Origin: Coniocarpon cinnabarinum
Lineage: Eukaryota
DNA length: 64,000 bases
Direction: 5' to 3'
NCBI GenBank assembly: GCA_051942205.1
Contig: JAVECO010000002.1
Location: forward strand, 1 to 64,000
Shown here piece by piece: positions 49,226 to 61,785 of the stretch. The translations under genes and the position numbers were made by a program. Numbering within the stretch: position 1 is the first letter of the stretch; every line of letters starts with the position of its first letter. Under the pieces are notes generated by a model. That model was not told the DNA's origin and did not search any database. It was given only the letters and a program-made list of their open reading frames with translations.

Positions 49226-51045
49226 TCCAGTCGGCCTCTCTGTCAGCGTTGGCAGCCAGAAGACTGGTCCGCAGACGTGGGCCAGTCAGAGGCCGGTTAA
49301 AAGGCAATCGTCCGGCCGCGCTGTCAGGGTCGCAACGGTGCGAAAAAGCAGAGATGCTAGCGTACGATCGCCGGGCGCTAAGGCGAATGGGCGATTGAAG
49401 CCCGTTGGTGGTGCAATTTGCGGACATGCTGACATGCTGACATGAAACCGCCACGCGGCTCTGTTGCACCGGTGAATGCATGGACGAGGATTGTCTGAGA
49501 GCGGGCGTCTGATGCCTGCACGTTGTGGGTGAAGCGCGGTGGAAGGGATGCGCAACCGAGGCTTTGTGGCGTATGCCTTGCTGCAGCTGTCGCAATGGTG
49601 TGAGTGTCTGGCCTGTGCCGCTTGTGCAGGCACACCCGGATCTAAGCGGCGATAACTGTTGGCGAGGGGCACTGGGCCGAATCAGTACCCAAGTACGCCT
49701 AACGAGCAAGCGAGCAAGCGACCAGCTGGGCTGTCATGCAGAGATTGTTCAGTAAGGGGGACGCCGCCGGTCAGCATGATTGATCGCCGACGGCTCAGGC
49801 AGTCAATGGACATGCGACTTGGTGCGGCGCATGAGGCATGGGCTGCGGTGCCGCGTTAAGGTTGATCACGACTGCCACGCTGCTCGAAGCGGCGCTTCAG
49901 CCGGTCCCGAAGAAGTCGAGACACAACATTGGCGCGAGGCGTGAATCGCGGGGAAGGGTCATGGACGAGTCCTGTCATTTAGATGCAAGTCATCGCACGA
50001 GTGCAGAGCCCGCAGTGCGTGAATCGCGTCTTCAGGGGGCGCCATTTCTGACGGAGTCGTATCGAGAGCTCTGTCAAGCTGTGGGCGAAAATAGCATCAG
50101 CAAGAAGCAAGGCTGGCGGCTCAGCGAGGCAGACAGAGAGCTCGCTTCCCACGCAGGGCAAAAGCGTGTTTGCTGCGACGAAGCCCGTACGTACATCCGC
50201 GCCCGCAGCAGGAGATGCCGCTGGCTCTCAACGACGCAGGCGATTGCAGCGATGGACTATGATGGACAATCGATAAGGCAGGGCAGCGGTTGGAAGAAAA
50301 TACACGAGATGCAGATGCCCACGGCCCAGAGACCCACCACTCTGATTTTTGGAAGTCCAGCCTCCATGACTAGAGCCAGTGAGGCATAGTGTCCGCCGGC
50401 TAGTGATTAGCTCGAAAAGCTCTGATCACGGATTCGTCACCGACTGCCCGAAGCAGCAGCTACACCATCCTCAACCATGGACGCTGACATCACACCCTAG
50501 TCCAATCATAGACCAGCAGCTGTGTCATTCTGCCCTCCCTCACGCTGCCCTCTTGGCTCATCCACCACATCCTCGCCCACTGCTGAAACACCCAGACAAG
50601 AAAGAGGGGACTGGTCACAGTGCTCTTCGCTTCTCTCCTCTTCTCTCCCCCTCTTCTTTACCTGCCATCCACCCGCTCAGCAATCAAACCTACCTAGGCC
50701 ATCGACTCTCTGTCTTGACGCCCCCACTGATTCATTCCTCCACGCCTCCTCTTTCCAGCGATTCACTCCGCATCACACCAGACACAACCCTGTTCGTCAT
50801 CATCATCACCATATAATCCCTGCCCTCCACTCCCTTACCTACTCCGCTTCGTCATCCTTACTCTGCTTGCTTGACCTGGTCTCTCTCCTCCTTGTCCAAT
50901 CTCACATCTCTCTCATCCTATGATCGCCATCTCTGGATCTTGAGGGCACCGTCCACCTGTGTTGGATATCTTAAACCACGCTGAACTTGCTTCGCCTCTT
51001 GCACTGAGATCGCGTCAGGAACATACACTCCTTCCAATCGACGTC

Positions 51046-51867
51046 ATGGGGCTCTTCAACACCAGATCCCAATCCAAGCGCTCATCCGGCGAGTTCAGGT
51101 GGCCCTTCAAGCCCATTGACCCATCCACTCCACCCAGACCCAAGAGCAAGCGGGACTCCCTCAAGATCAGTGCTCCCGTACTCGTCCAGAGCACCCAGGC
51201 CGTCAGCAACTATCCACCTCTGCCCTCTACCGCTCCCTTGCCTCAGTCTCCCCACACGCGAACATCATCCAACAACTCCAACACGAGCAGCAACCGACAC
51301 CCTCACCATTTTGAGCCCCTCTGGCGGGACTCGTACGTCTCACACAAACACCAGTCCATCCCCTTTGATCTCTGCGCGGCCTCCGCTGCGCAGTTTCATG
51401 ACTATCTCAAGGAAATGAGTTCAGAAGAGCCGTCGTATGCGAATTCAGACTATGAGCAGGAGGAGTTGGACATTCTCGACCTCTACCACGAGACCGAGAT
51501 TGCCAAGCCGGTTTCCCTCATCTTTCCAGGGAAGCCAAGGGTCATCAACGTGTCTCCGCCGTCATCATTCGGTAGCTCACGCTCAGCCGCCTCGTCGTCG
51601 TCAGATGTTCGCACATCTGGGTTCCTCGAGTCTCGACGAAACTCAGACGACAGCAACAGTCATTGTGATACGCCTTTTACACCATACACACCGTCCAGCT
51701 TCTTCGACACCTCGGACGATTCTACACCCTCGGAAGAGCTCGACCGTCGAATGTCGCCAGTGTACCAGACCGAGTTCAAGCCCGAGACGGTCCAACATTC
51801 ACACGCACAACACATGCAGTCGAGACCATTAAGACGAGATCTCACCGTCACGACTACGTGGATATAG
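51046..51867 (+). CDS. Hypothetical Ser/Pro-rich protein
   Basis: ORF MGLFNTRSQSKRSS.. with C-rich third positions, following a long pyrimidine-rich 5' leader. Confidence 0.65.
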   Translation: MGLFNTRSQSKRSSGEFRWPFKPIDPSTPPRPKSKRDSLKISAPVLVQSTQAVSNYPPLPSTAPLPQSPHTRTSSNNSNTSSNRHPHHFEPLWRDSYVSHKHQSIPFDLCAASAAQFHDYLKEMSSEEPSYANSDYEQEELDILDLYHETEIAKPVSLIFPGKPRVINVSPPSSFGSSRSAASSSSDVRTSGFLESRRNSDDSNSHCDTPFTPYTPSSFFDTSDDSTPSEELDRRMSPVYQTEFKPETVQHSHAQHMQSRPLRRDLTVTTTWI

Positions 51868-52509
51868 CTGCAATTGAGCGACTTTCCGAGTCATCCACCC
51901 AAAGCTCCTGGATGCTTTTGGACGACGATGTTACGACCTGTACGACTATTTATGATGACTGTGATACCCTACGACTCTGCGTGGCTTGCTTCTTCCATGA
52001 AGGTTGGAAGACGGTCTGGATCTAGCCGTTGCTACAACGGCAAGACGCACTTCACAGCACTGCCCTGCAGTAGTTACTTCTCACCGACATCTTTAGATGT
52101 CGTTGCGACTTTGAGGCTGCGCCTAAGTAAAACTTCCAAACAAAGTGAGAGGCGGTGAGCGAATCAATTCGACAGTGCTCAACCCTGATGCACCCCATAT
52201 GCTTTCGATAGCAGATCCGGGGAAAACTCATGTGTGCTTTAGAGACGCATTTACATAAGAATTGACTAAATGAATTCAAATCGATTCATGACCACAATTG
52301 CGGTTACTTTCGTTCGCCACCGTAAAGGGACTCCTGTTGTTGGGTGTGTGTTGCAACTGTATGGATTATTTCCTTGCGAAAGGCTGCCTGCACTCTTGTA
52401 CGAGTCCTCGCTTGCTTAACCCGATTCTAATTCAACTAGCATTCTCGGTTTGACCGCCATCGCATCCCACATCATCTTCGGCCCCATTAACATTTCCGTC
52501 ACCTCCCCA

Positions 52510-55500
52510 TCACTCAACATTCCCTTCATCCCTACCCTCCTCACCATTCTCATCCTCCCCACTGTCAACATCCTCACTTCCCTCGCTACCGGCATCATCA
52601 TCGGCATCGCCATCTTCATCATCATCACCATCAAGACCTTCGTCTCCATCTCCCTCATCCTCTACATCCTCGTCTATGCCCGCGTCGTCCTCCTCGCCAC
52701 CGCCACCCTCCCCTGGCAAACCCTCCATCAACTCCCCAATCTCACTCCCCGCGTCGCTCCCATATCTCCGCTCGAAATCCAACCCCGTCCCCGTCGTCGC
52801 TTCCATCTCCTCACACCCGAAATCCCACCACATCCTCACGCTCCCCACCTCATGATCCGGGACTTCTTTCTTCTCTTCCATCACCCCTCCATTCCGTATC
52901 AGAGCATCGAGCCGATTCCCCAGCCACTCGTCCACGTCCCCGGCTATCCCATTCAATATCGCGTCGGTTTTCCGCCGCTCGTCCCGACGCGTCGGACAGC
53001 CCCAGCCGTGGAGTTTGGCCTCGCCTTGGTACTCTTCGGGGCGGGGCTCCGGCTTGTCCCACCAATTCCCTGGGACTGACGTGTGGGTGTCGTCGAGTTG
53101 GCCGAGACGGGTGAGGATGTTTTCGCGGCCCGGGATGCTGCGCTGGCCGTAGCCTGATAGAAGCATGGTGCGCCATTCATGTTTGGTAAGGGGTTGTCGC
53201 CGGCGGATTAGCTCTTTCATTGCGAGCACGGTGGCGGGGTAGAGGATGTGTCTTTGGGGTGGGGCTGGGCCTGTTTGGGGTCGAGATGTTAGTATGGGGG
53301 ATTGGAGAGTGGGTGTCTGGATGTTTGTCTTTCGAAGGGTGGAGGATACTTTGCATTGGGGTGGAATATTATTCGACGTCGCTGACATGGCATCAGGTGA
53401 AGTGATGCAATAGTGATGTCCCAGCTGCGCAATCACCCAATGTGAAATGCCATGCTGTCTACTTGAAAGTCATGTGGAAGGCATGAGAAGGGCAAGTGCA
53501 AGTGCAAATGAAAGGGGAAAGAGGAAGAAAACGTACCACCGCCTCCAATACCCAACGGAGGACCTCGCCTCTTCAAATTCGATACTCGCATCTGTCCCCA
53601 ACCTTCTATGATCAGGGTTCCGACGAAATTGGAGCTCAAGCCGAAGACGGAATGGCCATGGTAGCGGGGTGGAATGAGGCGGGGATGAATCCGTGCGATT
53701 GCTTGAATAACCTGTGAGTCGTGTTAGCTCAGCCACTGGAAATGACGAATTCAACATGGTTGGAGTCTCGCAGGAGATGGAACTGCGCCCGTGGAATAAA
53801 GGAGTGCCGAGTCGCGAGGGGTGAGGTACGAGTGATGTAGCTTGTATTGAGTGCCATCGAATTCTTCTTCCGGGTTATGATCAATCAGACATGAGGGGAA
53901 TGCAACGGACACAAGAAGCATACGACAGACGCAACAAGAAAGCGATAGACACATCACACAAGCATAGCACAAAACCACAGTAGGCAGGCAGCACGCAGGC
54001 AGCAACCAGCACCCACCACCCCTCAAAAAAAGAAAATAAACCCACCTCCAAAGGATGACCCAACCTCCTCCGTCGCAAAACCTCCAACGTAACCTTCAAA
54101 GAAGGACAAGCCATGCAATAAGTCCTAAGACTAAACTTGGCAGCCGGCCGAAACAAATTGGCGGGTTGATTCGCTGGCCAGTTGTTTGCTGGGTCCTGCG
54201 CGGGACTAAGCGGGTCATTGGTCGCGAGGTCGAGTTTCAGACTGTAGTACAACACCAATCGCAGGTCGCCGGGGGTGAAGACTTGCGTGTTGTGGATGAG
54301 GCCGATGCGCAGGGGAGTGGTGGGGAGGTCCTTGAGCGGTTAGTAGGAGTAAGACGGTCTGTCAGGGGGATGATGCGACGGTCCGGGGAAGCAGTACAGG
54401 AAATGGGTGCTTCGCTTGAAACGTCGGAGGAGCATCTCCGCTCGAGTAGGATCCAGGGCGAGGAAGTGAAGTCCCAAAGAAAAACAGAAACTCACCATGA
54501 ATAACCATAACTTCGCCAATGCATGCGCCGTCCACGGACTCAAGATAATCTGATGCTCGTGATAAAGCGTACTCAGGATCCCTCGGATGACGGCACAGCG
54601 CTTCAACAGCATGGACAGGTATTTGAATGAGGGCGTGCTTTGCGACGTATTGATGTCATAACCATCTTTCATTTTGTGTTTTTCGTGCGGCTGTGTTGAT
54701 GCGTCGTTGGTTGATCCTCCATGATGACCACCAGCTGCAGCGCTATGCATCGCTCCTGATGAGGCTTGTGGCGCTGAGTTGGCAGTTGCGGTGGCATTTG
54801 TATTGGCAGTTGCAGTAGCAGTAACAGTAGCGCTCGTGTTAGCGATCGAAGAAGCGCCCGTGTTCCCAATCGAAGCAGCCAACTGCGCCTGTTCCTCTCG
54901 CTCCAGCGATTCCTCAAGCTGCCTCAGCGTAAACGCCTTCCAAGCCGCTCCCCCAGGCTTAAACAAATCATCGCGAATCGGGATCCGGCGCGGATCCTTG
55001 AGAGTCGTCGAGCGGTACATGTAAAAGGGCCACATTTTGAGGACGTCGGGTTCGTGATAGGGCAGCCGAGGCGGCTCCTCATCCTTCGCTTTTCCCGTCT
55101 CATTACCCTCTTCACCCTCATCTCTACCCTTCTTGGCTGTGTTGTTCCGATCCTTCTTCCGGTGTCCAATCTGGAACCCCAAAGCAGCCGGAAACCCATC
55201 CCCATCAAAATACCCCTTCTCATACCTCTCCACAAGCTCATCAGGCGTGCAGCGACACCACCTCCTCGCGAGCTCGGCAATCAACTGCGGCAAAAAGGAA
55301 TTCGTGAGCCAATGAAAGCGGCGATCAATGCTGTAGAGATGCAGGACCTGGCGGGGCGGGAAAAACGGAATCATATACAACATGATTTCGGGGCGGCGGA
55401 GGATATGCGGCCAGATGTTGAAGGGGGGGCGCTTGTGGAAGTGGAGTTGGCGGAGGCGTTGGAAGTATTGCGTTTTTGAGAGGGGGTGGAAGCGGTGTGG

Positions 55501-56154
55501 GAGGGATTGCGAAAGTGGGGGAAAGGGTGCTGTGGCTGGGGAGTTGGTGGGTGCTGGTAAGTCGGTGGTTGTGGTTTCGTTGGTGGAGAAATTGGCGAAG
55601 GAGGGTGTGAGGCCTGTATGTGCGCCTGCTTCATTGGAGGGACCTGCAGTTCCGGCGTGAATAGTGTTTTCGTTAAGTTTGTTGGCCGCGGCGGTGTCGA
55701 TGTTGACTGGTCTGTGCCTTGGGATGGGTACGGGCTGCGTTGATACAGGAGAATTAAGGCCCGAAGAGGTGGCGTCTTGGTGGCCACTCGATGAGTGCGC
55801 CGAGGGACCATTGGTTTGATCAGCATGTCCATGCGCGAGAGGAAGCTGTGATGACTGCGCTTGCGCGTCGCGAGGCGAAGATGTCAGTGAAGCGACATGC
55901 GATGATGAAGACGCGGTGGTATTCGCAGAAGACCCAGCGGGTCCCGCCGCTAACATGCCATTATTCAAAGGCGCATCCCAGGGTGCGTATTGCATCGGCT
56001 GGTCATGATTCGTAACTTGTACAGTTGGGATGGCCTGATGCACATCTTGCGTTGGAGTGTGTTCGGCCACGGTAACATCAAGTAGGTCCTCAGTTTCATC
56101 TGCCTGTGCCTGTGAAGTATTTGAGCTTGGCGATGAAATATCCATGTCATCCAT
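52510..56154 (-). CDS. Hypothetical multi-exon protein with a possible F-box-like segment and acidic C-terminal tail
   Basis: Long first exon (MDDMDISS..FNIWPHILRRPEIMLYMIPFFPPRQVLHLYSIDRRFH..PSFKYLSMLL), further exons (DLPTTPLRIGLIHN..KLDLATNDP) and a D/E-rich end at 52510. Confidence 0.7.
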
Positions 56155-56447
56155 TGTGACGTGTGGCTGAGTCGTAGTAAAAGCAGAAGGAAGTTTGTAA
56201 CCTGTTGATGAAAATAACAACGAGTCTTGATACTGTCTGTGGAATACATATTAGGAGAAACAATGACTTCTGCTTATGTGCACATAGCTTCAAGCATGAA
56301 GTCTTGGCACGCTTGTGAATAATACGAAGGAACAATACGAAGTGTTGCTCTGGTGATCCAGGTATTCATCGTCACGTGAAGAAACGAGATGGAAGCTGAA
56401 GGAAACGCTCTGAAGGAAGACGCAAGATTCGCGGGATGAGGCTAAAT

Positions 56448-57140
56448 TTAGAGTTGTAAAAGGACGTATTCATTACAGCGGAAACAATGATCAGCATAAC
56501 AGCCACAATGCTGGATGTGAATCTGGTATGAAAGAGAGTAACCATCATAGGTCCGTATTGGTCGACGAGCTGGTGCGTTTGCCGGTGCTGTTCGTCGCTC
56601 GAGACGATATTCGATGAACACTACGATACGACTCGAGCTCTGCAAGCATTTGCACCTTTTGAAATCGTTAGCGTAGAAGAAAGCCGCAATTGCTTCACCA
56701 GTGCGCACCGCATTCTGTCTAATGGCACTGATATGCTCTGGGAAATACTGGCCAGACTGATACATAGCATCGCATATCCAAACCGACCAGTTGAGATGGT
56801 GACGGCTAACAGAGTATTCAAACATTTCTAGTTTTGCCAGGAACTGGTGCGCTGACGCTCTTAAATGGAGTGAAGTCGAGGTGTCCGTAACGAGGTCTGT
56901 AAATATGTTTTGCGCTGCGATGGCCACGTCGTTTTCGTACGCTGTACAAGCCTGCGCGTTCGTTAGTACGCGTGACGATTCATCGGAAGATCTCAGAGTA
57001 CTTGCCAGCATGTATCGGTCCCAGCTATCGTCTCCCTTCTCGTGGAGCGCATAAGTTTCAGAGGCTGATTCGTAGTTGGCCATACAATATTCGATCTTGA
57101 TGGGATTCATAACGTCGGAAGAATCATCATACGTGAGCAA
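56448..57140 (-). CDS. Hypothetical protein
   Basis: 230-aa ORF only; no recognisable motif. Confidence 0.35.
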   Translation of the reverse strand: MLTYDDSSDVMNPIKIEYCMANYESASETYALHEKGDDSWDRYMLASTLRSSDESSRVLTNAQACTAYENDVAIAAQNIFTDLVTDTSTSLHLRASAHQFLAKLEMFEYSVSRHHLNWSVWICDAMYQSGQYFPEHISAIRQNAVRTGEAIAAFFYANDFKRCKCLQSSSRIVVFIEYRLERRTAPANAPARRPIRTYDGYSLSYQIHIQHCGCYADHCFRCNEYVLLQL

Positions 57141-58904
57141 TCGAGTGTCGCAAGCTTGGCTCTCAATCTGCTGCGCGGCCTATGATGTTATTGTTTATTA
57201 TCTATGTTTCGAGGCGTTGCCATGACGGCTACCTGGCACCTAGTGTTCCATGCCAAGCAAAAATCGATTATGCGATAAGCACCTCTGAAATCCTAATGCA
57301 AGCAACCGGCTCCTCCAAAATTTAGTGCTAATACCAGGAAGCATATAGTCCGCATGACACAAATACAAGCAGTCAATACCGTCCATCCTTTCGAGAAGCC
57401 GACCAGCTCACGCAATATTATTTCGCTCAAACCCAACAAAGCCAAAAAAAGCAAGAATGTGTCATAGTAAAGCTCTGAGCACGCGGCGTTTGTCTTCAAG
57501 AACAGCCCCACATAGTCGTGAATTAGCGTCTTGTGCAGCATTGATGATGAGGCATACACCATTTAAATCCTCTAAATTCAGACCGTTCTTAGCGCGACGC
57601 GCGCTTATTAAAAGTATGAAGAGCATTCTGGACTCAAAATTTGTATAGTTTCAAGCTGAAGGGGGTCGATGTGGCATTAGAGCCCACAAGCCTTGGGGAT
57701 GAACACGTTCGAGGATGCGGAAGGTGGAGCAAATGCTCTCAAAACCATTTTGAGCACGCATTGATGCGGTGACGAATTACTCTCGGCCAGACACCTTGTC
57801 TCACATGCAGGTGTCGTAATAAGCAGTAGTAAAGGCGATGGAATGAAGTCAGAGGGGTTGGGTCAGGCAGCAAGCGACACGTGACCCTTATTGCCTGACG
57901 CGCACGGACCCGCTTGCCAAGACACTAGCACATATATAATCTCCCACTCTCCACAACCTTTCCTTCTTCTTTTCTTTTTCTCTTCATCCAAGTGCAAGGG
58001 CATTACGGGTGGCAGTGAAGCTTTGGCTGAGCCCCTGTTTTTGCTGGTGAGTTGTCAATCTCCGATCTCCGTTTTTAAAGACTCCTGCTGACGTCGTCGA
58101 AGGTTGAAAACTATAAATTTTTGACTGCTTGAACTGGCTTTCGGGTCGTAAGTGTGCTTCCCTCGATCTTGGACTCGTCACTGGAACGCTGAATTGCTGA
58201 CTGTCGTTGATCTAGGGTTCGGAATTTTTAGAAAACCATTCGGTGCACCGCACGCTTTTCTTTGCGCTGCTGGCACATTGCTGGTACGGGAGGAAGAGCG
58301 AACGACTAGGGCCGGAAATGTATAGCCGCAGAGGGTTGTGCCAGGCTGTTTGGCGTACCCTGATTTGGGCATACCCTGACCAGGCAGGAACCAGCAAGCA
58401 AAACTTCGCCCACTTCAGCTGGACTTTTCGGTTGGACATTTGGGCAACCTATCCTATTCATGTGATGCATAGTTTTTTGTCTGGCAAGATCCTGAAGCAG
58501 CTCATACGTTGGAGTTTCCTTTGCGGACGCCCAAATAAGATCTGTCTACAAAGGAGTCCCGGATGTTGCCATGTCTACACAATAGAGCCATTCTGTATCA
58601 AATGTGCGATGACAGATACGGTCGTATGCCGTCCGACCACATTGCTAAGCAGTGTGTATTGACACGCGCCGCCAAGCAAAGTACCGATTGGTCGCCCCAC
58701 TGCGTTGCCTGACGATGCACTGTGTCATAGCATTCGGAGCTGCTTCACACCATGGGTTGAAGCGCCGGAGGCCTGGTGTGAGTTCAGCGCGTCCTTACTT
58801 TCTCTAAAGATCTTCCACGGCGATCCAGCCAAGGCTCACGCAGACCCGCCATTCCGTTCCCCACTTCGACAGCAGGCGAGGAATCCATACGTCCTGAGCA
58901 CAGA

Positions 58905-61785
58905 ATGGCTGAAGCTTTCGGAGCCCTTGCTGTTATTTCAAGCGTCATCACCTGTATCGAGTTCGCCGGCAAGCTCATGGCCGAGACGATCAAGTTCACC
59001 AAGTCAAGCAGCAGCGTCCTTGCTGATAATATACGCTTGCAGGAATTTGGTCAAGAGAATGAACGGATAGCAAGCCAGCTTGACTCTCGTCGAGACAACA
59101 GCACTGGTCAGACTCTCGAGCAGGATGTCCACGAGCGAGCGAGGGAATGTCAGCACGAATGTACGAGGCTCTTAGATCTGCTTGGATCTCTAGAAGCCCG
59201 CAAAAGATGGGAGAAAGTGATAGCATCTTTCAAAACAAACGTGAAGCAGTCCGAGCTTCAGACATGTCGTGCAAGAATACAGGATTTGCGCGACCAAGTG
59301 TCGCTGGCTCTATTAAGAGTGATACAGAGCGATCAACGGCACGAGTTTAAGAGCTTGAAGGATCGTTAGAGAAAGTGGCACTCGCAGTGCCTCTACTTTA
59401 CAGGAAGCCGTGGACAGCATTGCAGTCCACATGCAAAAGCTACATGTCACAGATGTTGCAACAGACCAGGTTCTCAACAGTCTGTACTTTCCAAACATTA
59501 ACAAAAGACGTTATGACTTGGGTGATGCAGCGCCTGAGACTTTTCAGTGGTCACTCACAAAAAGCCCCCTCCCAAAATGGTTAAGAGAAGGGTCTGGGGT
59601 GTTTTGGATTCACGGAAAGGCTGGATCTGGCAAGTCAACCATGATGAAGCACATTCTAGGAGATTCCAAGACCACGACATTGCTGTCGGAGTGGGCGAAT
59701 GGAAAGAGGCTGGTCGTGGCAGATCACTTCTTCTCGATGCTCAGCTCCTCGATGCAACGATCGTATCAAGGCTTGCTGCAGACTCTACTGTACAAGATTC
59801 TTGCAAACAATCGGTCCCTAGTCCCGGTCGGCTGTCCTCATCGCTGCGACCCCAATGCTACTCGGTCCAAATCGTCATGGTCTACCAGGGAACTTTTTGA
59901 TTGTCTGAGTGCGATAATCGGAGGCAGTGACGCTTTTTACTGCTTTTTTATTGATGGTCTTGATGAGTACCACCCACAAGATGAACACGTGAAGCTTGTT
60001 GAAAGATTGGTCGAGATCACATCAAAGCCTAACGCGAAAATGTGTGTGTCCAGTCGCACCTGGAGTGTTTTTGAGAATGCCTTTGGTCAAAAGAGCGATC
60101 AGATCACACTTGAGTCCTGGACGAGGGACGACATTGGGGAATATGTAAGCAGCACACTGCTTGCGTCCGCAAGAACAGCTGTTCAACACGACTTTGAGAA
60201 GCACAATTATGCATTCACGCAGTTTGTGGAGGAATTTCTGGACAAGGCGGACGGGGTTTTTATTTGGGCTCACCTGATAACCTCTTCAATGTGTGATCGT
60301 GTCTTGGCTGGCAAAGATCTCCTGGACCTTAGGCGCTGTTTAGACGAACTCCCTGGAGAATTGGAGCAGTACCTTCGTAAGCTGGTCTATGACCGAATCA
60401 ATTCAACTTGGCAGAATGGAAAGAAGTCTGAAACCGCCACTGCACTCAAGTTGGCCATGGTTTCGCATTTGCACTTTAATGCAATGATGCCAATGAACAA
60501 CCTCCCGCTCTACTGGTTGATCCTAGGATGTACTGACTACGATATTCAACAGAGAGATTTCTACACAAGATTGCGAGTGCGACGCGTTGACAGAAAAGAT
60601 TCGGTCGCAATGTACAGAGACACCATGAATACCATAAAGCAGGCATGCAAAGACATCTTACAGGATCCTATATCAAAATTCGTCCCTTTCCCCATCGATG
60701 AAAGCATCGAAAATCGCGCGTTGGAGTTCAGTCACCGAAGCATGTACGATTTTCTAATGACGCCTGAGATGCAAACGCTTCTCAATGAGCATGTCCCAAA
60801 TCACTTTCTCGAGGAAGATTTCTTGTTACGGTTGAACATCGCAAGCACGAAGCTACGGTTTCGCTCACGTTTGAGTAGCGATTGCGAGTTAGTCTTTGGG
60901 AGATTATACGGCTATGTCTCAGTCGCAGACTTGAAGCTAGATCAAGTACAACACACCGCGCCTCTTCGAGAACTCGATAAGTCTATTCCTGATCATGCAC
61001 GCTTATGTGCGGGGAAATGTCATATCCATCGTGCGAACCTACCTTTTGAATCTCCCCATCTATCCCATGCATGGAAATCCACCTTGACATTGCTGATACG
61101 CCATGGCATGTATGAAACGGCGAAGCTGTACTCATTGGATTATCCAAGATGGCCAGGATACTTTTGGGGGGCTTTCGGGATGTACGAGACAGACTTAGGC
61201 ATATTTGCAGCTGCAAATATGCATGTTGTACCGCCCATCGATTTCCTCAAAATTATGATAGAGCAATGCGGGTTCGATCCACAATGCAAACCACTAGACG
61301 ATCTACAAGTAGGTCCCATGAGGGGACTGGGTCTCGTTGCACGCCAATGGGCTTTGATGAATCTGAGGCGCAGAGAGACGCCCACTGCCAACACTGATGA
61401 TAACAGGTTTTTAAAGGTCGCAAGGCTCTTGCTCGACCGCGGCGGCGTCATCCCGGAAACTATTTGCATGAGCCCACGGTCTGTGTTCAAAGTCAGTAAC
61501 CTAGATAAATGTTTGGGAGAGTCGGATGACCCCGACGCGGATGGTGATTCAGATGAGGACGATATCGGGCTACCTAAGACTCCCCACAAATGCATCGTAC
61601 AGCCTGTTGAAATTTTGCTCCGAGGATGCGTATCATCAGCTCATTTGCCAGAATTAGAAGACATGATCGAGCGGGCCAAAAGGAAGAAGCCCGAGACATC
61701 GATTGGAGCGAGTATCGGGGATCCTTCCGGGGATGGAGTTCTAATCAACCATAGATTCAATCATTGTCAGTCACGCATTCTCTAA
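58905..61785 (+). pseudogene. NACHT NTPase (fungal NLR-like) with SesA/HeLo-like N-terminal domain; apparent +1 frameshift near 59364
   Basis: N-terminus MAEAFGALAVISSVITCIEFAGKL; LNSLYF..TFQW; Walker A FWIHGKAGSGKSTMMK; Walker B FFIDGLDE; KADGVFIWAHL and LDELPGELE. The two ORFs are in different frames with no clean intron between them. Confidence 0.75.

Noticed and set aside
52450..53079. Hydrophobic 209-aa + strand ORF
   Set aside because: Antisense mirror of the D/E/G-rich tail of the minus-strand gene.
57293..57562. Small hydrophobic minus-strand ORF, possibly another proteolipid
   Set aside because: Lacks the PP motif and the shared intron pattern; insufficient support.
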